From the NCBI GenBank assembly GCA_965203515.1, contig OZ241907.1, positions 2,208,001 through 2,272,000 of the forward strand: a DNA stretch of 64,000 bases. Reading direction: 5' to 3'. Position numbers and translations under genes: made by a program. The notes beneath the pieces were generated by a model. That model saw only the letters and a list, made by a program, of their open reading frames with translations, did not search any database and had not been told where the DNA came from. Source of the DNA: Spirochaetia bacterium (GTDB lineage: Bacteria > Spirochaetota > Spirochaetia > SZUA-6 > Bin103). Positions 59,263 through 64,000 of this stretch are shown here, in pieces. Positions within the stretch are counted from its first letter, which is position 1. Every line of letters starts with the position of its first letter.

Positions 59263-59617
59263 TCAGCCCAGGAGCCGTCGCAGCCAAGTTACGAACCGAA
59301 CCGCGTCAGGCGCGTTGACGTCCAGGTCTCCTGCCCCGATTGCCGAACCCATCTGCCGCGGTTCCGCCCGAACGGCGAGCCAAGAGTGCATCTTGGCCCT
59401 GAGCGTCTTTCCCGCCTTGAACTTGCGATCGATATCAGGAATGCCTTCGACGTACGCCTTGGACAACGGCCACACGGTGTCGTTCTTCGGGACCATCTCG
59501 GCAATGAAGTCTTCCAGTTCACCGGGCGTCCGTTCTGCACAGGTGCGCGACGACGTGCTTATCGTCGGGACCTTCCACGAGCAGCATACGCGGCGGCGAG
59601 GTGTTCGGAACAGGCAT
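59263..59617 (-). pseudogene. DUF3226-like TOPRIM-family protein with internal deletion/frameshift
   Basis: MPVPNTSPPRMLLVEGPDDKHVVAHLC...* then in another frame PGELEDFIAEM...KTLRAKMHSWLA...FVTWLRRL; the central DxD region is missing. Confidence 0.75.
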
Positions 59618-59620
59618 CCG

Positions 59621-60685
59621 CTACCTTACTTCAATGCCCTGCTCGGCAGCGGTTTCGAGCGCGTCTTTCGAGTACACGACGGCGCGCAGCTCTTTGTCGT
59701 TTCGATCAAGACGGACCAGCACGCCGTCCCCACGTTCGAAGTCGGCCGCCGCCTCGGCAAAACCTCTTACGCAGTCCCAACTATGTGTCGTCGCAAGCAC
59801 TTGAATGTCGTTGGCGTGCGCCGTACGGAGGATCATGGTCCAGAGATCACGCTGAACGGTGTGATGGATGCCGTTCTCGGCTTCGTCGATGAGCAGAAAC
59901 CCTCCCCTGCTGTTCGCCAGTGCCAACGCAACGCCGAACAGCCGTACCGCACCATCCCCAAGACTCTTCAGCGGTACCGGTCGATCTTGATTCTTCAACC
60001 TGACGATCACACGACGGATGCTCGCTCTGCCACCCTCGCCCACCATCGCGACACCGACCACATCATCTTCCATGACCAGATTGATGGCGTTCAGTACCTG
60101 GGCTTCATCATCGGTCAGTGCCACCTGGTCCCAGACGCGAGACGTGAGACGTTCGTCCGACGTTCCCGGCGCCATGTATTCGCAAGCCAGTGCCGATGGC
60201 GGCTCATCCCCGTTGTCCAACGGATCATCGAACAACGAACGCTGGTACGGACGTTCGCTCGGCATGAGGCGTAATATGCGATGACTACTTCCATATACCA
60301 CCTTGAGAGCCTTGATGACCGCATGGCCGTGATCATCATCAAAACGGATTTCGAGCTGCTCTGCCGCGTTTTCGGGACCAATGAGAATCGGCGCCGATTC
60401 GCTCGGAATTCGGCCGTGGAACAGCGCCCCCCAATCGAGATCGCTCGCGCGGTCGCCGTCGTCATCGATCATATCGTTGAGCTCTTGCCGATCGCGCAGG
60501 AGCTGGTACAGCACGGAGCGTCGAGCCCGAGCCGCATAGACGCGCACGGCGTCCAGAACCGTTGTCTTACCGACGCTGTTCTTGCCCGCCAACAGCGTCA
60601 CTCGGCCCAGCCGAGGGATCACCAGCTCGGTGATACCGCGGAATCCCCTTATCGAGAGATGCGGAAGAAACAGGTCGCTTGGCAT
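59621..60685 (-). CDS. AAA_15/AAA_21 ABC-type ATPase
   Basis: IRGFRGI, GKNSVGKTT, LGDGA, LIDEAENGIHH, ATTHS. Confidence 0.88.
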   Translation of the reverse strand: MPSDLFLPHLSIRGFRGITELVIPRLGRVTLLAGKNSVGKTTVLDAVRVYAARARRSVLYQLLRDRQELNDMIDDDGDRASDLDWGALFHGRIPSESAPILIGPENAAEQLEIRFDDDHGHAVIKALKVVYGSSHRILRLMPSERPYQRSLFDDPLDNGDEPPSALACEYMAPGTSDERLTSRVWDQVALTDDEAQVLNAINLVMEDDVVGVAMVGEGGRASIRRVIVRLKNQDRPVPLKSLGDGAVRLFGVALALANSRGGFLLIDEAENGIHHTVQRDLWTMILRTAHANDIQVLATTHSWDCVRGFAEAAADFERGDGVLVRLDRNDKELRAVVYSKDALETAAEQGIEVR

Positions 60686-60789
60686 GTACTCAACCCTCGG
60701 CGCCACGGGCAATCCGATGTTTGCAGCAATAGTAGCGCACAGACGGCGTTCGCAGGGCGCAGCGCGCCGGCGAGGGCAGCGGGCCGCGC

Positions 60790-62397
60790 TCAGCGATCCT
60801 CGCCGCCGACTGCATCCGGGTTCCGATCGCGCGGCAGATCGATGACGAAGCGAGCGCCGCTGTCATGGTTCTCCGCCCGCACGGCGCCGCCGTGCGCCTC
60901 GACGTGCGCCCGCGCGATGGCAAGGCCAAGCCCACTGCCGCCTTCCGGGGCGTGCTCGCTGCGATAGAACCGCTCGAAGACGTGCGGCAGGTCCGCGGCG
61001 GCGATGCCGGCGCCGCGGTCGGTCACCGACAACACCGCGCCGTCGTCGCCGGCGTCTATCTCCACGACCACCGTCGTGCCGAGCGCGGTCCAGTCGATCG
61101 CGTTCTGCACCAGATTGCCGATGGCGACCTCCAGGGAGCGCCGATCGCCCGAAATCGCGGCTCGGTCGCGCTCCACCAGCTCCACCTGAACGGAGCGCGC
61201 CTCGGCCCGCGCGCGCAGCAGCGCGATCGCGCTCCGCGCGGCATCGGCGAGCTCCAGGGGACGCCGCTCCAGGCCGGCCACGCCGCCTTCCAGGCGGGCG
61301 ATGTCGAGCACGTTGGCCGTGATCCACTCCATGCGCTCGATCTGCCGTACGCACTCCGGCAGGAACTCCTTGCGCATCTGTTCGTCCTCGGGGTGTTTGG
61401 CCATCAGCTCGGTGAAGGTGCGCAGCGCGGTCAGCGGAGTACGAAGCTCATGCGAGGCGTCGCCCACGAAGCGGCGCAGCACGTCGCGCTCACGCCGCAG
61501 ATCCTCGATGGTGGTACCGAGCCGAGACGCCATGGCGTTGAAGGCGACCGCCAGCTCGCGCATTTCGCCCCGGCCGCGCTCCGGCGCGCGCACGCTGAGG
61601 TCGCCGTCGCCCATCCGCCGCGCCGACGCGGTCAGCGATGAGATCGGCGCCGTCATGCGGCGCCCGACCAGCAGACCGATCAGCGCCGCCAGCACCGTGG
61701 TCGCCACCCCGGCGGCCACGAAGGTGTCGCGCAGCCCGCCGCGCACCTCATCGAGGACGCCCGGCGCGGAGCCGATCTGCACGTAACCGACCGGCCGCGC
61801 CGAATCGCCGATCGACACGGTCACCGCCGGTTCGATGCCTTCTTCCGGCTCCTCCCACGCCGCCTGACCGGACGCCGCGTCGTGATCCATGCTGAGCCGA
61901 TTGCCGAACAGATCGCGCCGCACGCGCATGCCCTTTGCGTACGACTCCAGGCCGAACCGTCGATACATCTCCTCGCGCATTTTTTTTTGCACGGCGAGCG
62001 CGGCCGAACTCTCCCTCAGCATCAGCAGGGCCGCCGAACCGAACCCCGGCACGCCGAACGACGGAAAGGCCCAGACCAGCTCGTATTCGTCCATGCGGCC
62101 GGAGTCGGCCAGCACGTGCTGCGCGCGGTCGAGGATCCAGACCCGGACGTCGCCCATCAGCGCCGATGTCTTGGCCAATTGCTGCAACCGCCGCTGGTCG
62201 ACGATCGGCGTGAAGTAGGGAAGGCTCTGCGCGGCGATGGCCGCCGCGGTCGCGCTCAGCATGTCGCGCTCGCGACGTTCGACCAGACGATCGATCACCG
62301 CCATGGAAAGACCTCCCATGACGGCGATCGCGACGATCGAGATGACGGCGAAGCTGAGGACCAGCCGCCACCTGATCGTCGCGAACAAGCCGGGCAC
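60790..62397 (-). CDS. HAMP-domain sensor histidine kinase
   Basis: TM-sensor-TM-HAMP, DASHELRTPL, NLVQNA, DRGAGI, FERFYR, GSGLGL. Confidence 0.92.
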   Translation of the reverse strand: MPGLFATIRWRLVLSFAVISIVAIAVMGGLSMAVIDRLVERRERDMLSATAAAIAAQSLPYFTPIVDQRRLQQLAKTSALMGDVRVWILDRAQHVLADSGRMDEYELVWAFPSFGVPGFGSAALLMLRESSAALAVQKKMREEMYRRFGLESYAKGMRVRRDLFGNRLSMDHDAASGQAAWEEPEEGIEPAVTVSIGDSARPVGYVQIGSAPGVLDEVRGGLRDTFVAAGVATTVLAALIGLLVGRRMTAPISSLTASARRMGDGDLSVRAPERGRGEMRELAVAFNAMASRLGTTIEDLRRERDVLRRFVGDASHELRTPLTALRTFTELMAKHPEDEQMRKEFLPECVRQIERMEWITANVLDIARLEGGVAGLERRPLELADAARSAIALLRARAEARSVQVELVERDRAAISGDRRSLEVAIGNLVQNAIDWTALGTTVVVEIDAGDDGAVLSVTDRGAGIAAADLPHVFERFYRSEHAPEGGSGLGLAIARAHVEAHGGAVRAENHDSGARFVIDLPRDRNPDAVGGEDR

Positions 62398-62406
62398 CGA
62401 TTCGGA

Positions 62407-63252
62407 TTACAGGGCGCCGTCGGCGTCCATCATGCCGCCGCTCATGTCCTTGTCGGCATCTCCGGCGCGGCCCCCGCGGCGCTGCCAGCGCCGCTCGACG
62501 CGCTCCTTCATGTCTTCGAACGCGCGCTTCATGTCTTCCATCCCCGGCAGCGCCTGATAGCGGATGCCCAGCATCGCCGCCCCGCTCTCCGGGTGCTCAC
62601 CCAGGGTGACCGTTGCCGTCATCGCGTCCTTGCCGCGATGGTAGGCGATGCTCACCTCGTCGCCGGGCTCATGGCCGACGATGACCTCCGCGAGCTGGTC
62701 GGCCGCTCCGTCCAGGGACACGTCGCCGACGGCGGTGATCCAGTCGCCGGGCTGCAAGCCCGCCGCCTCGGCCGCGCTCTCCGGCGCCACCTCCATCACG
62801 ATCACCCCCGGCTTGTCGGACTCGAAGTGGAAGCGCCCGCCGTGCCCCAGCGGCTCCTTCGACATGCGCCTGCCGAGATCGAGCAGCAGGTCCATGTTGG
62901 CGCCCGCTCCGCCGGTGATCGCCAACCCGATGCGCGGCCGGCCCCAGACGCGGTCGATCGTCACGACCTGATCGCGCACGTCGTCGCCGTGCTTGACGCT
63001 CAGCGTCACCTCCGAGGCGTCCGCGTCGGCCAGCGCCTGCATCAGATCGCGCGCGCTGCCCAGGTCCTGACCGTCGATGCCCAGGATCAGATCGCCGCGC
63101 TCGATGCCGGCCGCCGCCGCCGGACCGTCCGGGTCGACGCCGGTGACGATCACCCCGGCCGGTGCGTCGCCGCTCTGGGCGGACAGCGGCGCGCCGATCG
63201 CCAGCAGCGCCGCGGTCGCGACCGCCAAAATCTTCGTGCGTCTCGTCGTCAT
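62407..63252 (-). CDS. Exported tandem-PDZ protein without protease domain
   Basis: GGAGG SD, signal peptide, two GVIV..V.P..(P/A)A..AG...GD.I PDZ units. Confidence 0.8.
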   Translation of the reverse strand: MTTRRTKILAVATAALLAIGAPLSAQSGDAPAGVIVTGVDPDGPAAAAGIERGDLILGIDGQDLGSARDLMQALADADASEVTLSVKHGDDVRDQVVTIDRVWGRPRIGLAITGGAGANMDLLLDLGRRMSKEPLGHGGRFHFESDKPGVIVMEVAPESAAEAAGLQPGDWITAVGDVSLDGAADQLAEVIVGHEPGDEVSIAYHRGKDAMTATVTLGEHPESGAAMLGIRYQALPGMEDMKRAFEDMKERVERRWQRRGGRAGDADKDMSGGMMDADGAL

Positions 63253-63325
63253 CGCAATTCCCTCCATGCGATTCAAGGTTGACCAGAGGATCGACCGCCG
63301 GGATTGCGAGCCGGTTTCCGCCGCA

Positions 63326-64000
63326 TCAAGATTTCGTAACACTCGCGAAGCGATAGCCGAACCCGCGGACGGTCTGAATCCAGCGCGGCGAGGCCGGATC
63401 TTCCTCGATCTTTTCCCGCAGCCGCCGCACGTGCACGTCGACGGTGCGGTCGTAGCCGATGTCCGCGGTGTATCCCCACACCGCTTCGATGATCTGCGCG
63501 CGGCTGAGCAGCCGCTCAGGCCGCTCGGCCAGATAGCGGAGCAGCCGGAACTCGGTCGGCGTCAGGTTCACCCGGCGGCCGTCGCGCTCGACCGCCATGA
63601 GGTCGGGATCGATCACCAGATCTCCGAAGCTGATGCGCTCGGTGCCGGCCGCCGCGGCCAGCTCGCCGTAGGCGCGCCGCAACAGCGCCCGCACGCGCGA
63701 GACGAGCTCGCGGAGCTGGTACGGCTTGACCACGTAGTCGTCGGCGCCGAGCTCCAGTCCCAGCACCTTGTCCAGCTCCTCGTCGCGCGCGGTGAGCATC
63801 AGGATCGGCTCGCGCCGGCCCTCGGCCCGGATGGTGCGGCACACGTCGAAGCCGCTCATGTCCGGCAGCCGGATGTCCAGGATCAGCAGCCTGGGGTTCC
63901 ACCTGCGGAACAGCTCCAGGCCGGACGTTCCGTCGCGCGCGCAGCGCACCGTGAAGTCCTCTTTGCTCAATCCGTACTCCAGGCCGCGCGCCACCGACGC
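63326..64000 (-). CDS. OmpR/PhoB-family response regulator (5' end outside window)
   Basis: ILDIRLP, LMLTA, GADDYVVKP, LTPTEF, RTVDVHVRRLREK, TVRGFGY. Confidence 0.93.
   Translation of the reverse strand, partial: ASVARGLEYGLSKEDFTVRCARDGTSGLELFRRWNPRLLILDIRLPDMSGFDVCRTIRAEGRREPILMLTARDEELDKVLGLELGADDYVVKPYQLRELVSRVRALLRRAYGELAAAAGTERISFGDLVIDPDLMAVERDGRRVNLTPTEFRLLRYLAERPERLLSRAQIIEAVWGYTADIGYDRTVDVHVRRLREKIEEDPASPRWIQTVRGFGYRFASVTKS

Noticed and set aside
1..64000. CRISPR array, tRNA/rRNA, reverse transcriptase/retron, integrase
   Set aside because: No regularly spaced repeat-spacer units, no tRNA T-loop/acceptor pattern, and no RT or tyrosine/serine recombinase motifs found by eye.

Overview
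High-GC bacterial chromosomal window. The mraY type and gene mix are compatible with a high-GC spirochaete-like, possibly host-associated lineage, but that is inference only. A metabolic/envelope backbone (fadD-like ligase, uxaE, mraY, threonine aldolase, ferritin, gpgS, mtaB, SMUG1-type UDG, two-component system, transporters) is interspersed with defence cassettes: a type III R-M pair, ABC-ATPase + TOPRIM-like pairs, a type II MjaI-like R-M pair, an orphan DUF1156 methylase, a VapBC TA module, a Uma2 nuclease and two AAA/PD-(D/E)XK paralogues. One intact IS3 element splits a histidine phosphatase gene, and there is an IS3 remnant. The most striking structure missed by the ORF track is four intergenic 'patchworks' (17.5, 20.4, 39.7, 55.4 kb) next to accessory cassettes. 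They consist of slightly diverged fragments of genes lying 2-14 kb away, mostly joined at 3-6 bp microhomologies, and one is a near-complete deletion scar of a second type III R-M locus. Several internally deleted pseudogenes are also present (DUF262, SDR, arylsulfotransferase, ParA, DUF3226). Candidate uncharacterised systems: Zn-ribbon ABC/DUF1854/ABC trio, DUF350 operon with a divergent K+ channel, GT/M20-like/gpgS operon, and RR-PDZ-HK. No rRNA, tRNA or CRISPR array was seen. All family calls are from motif recognition by eye, not database searches.
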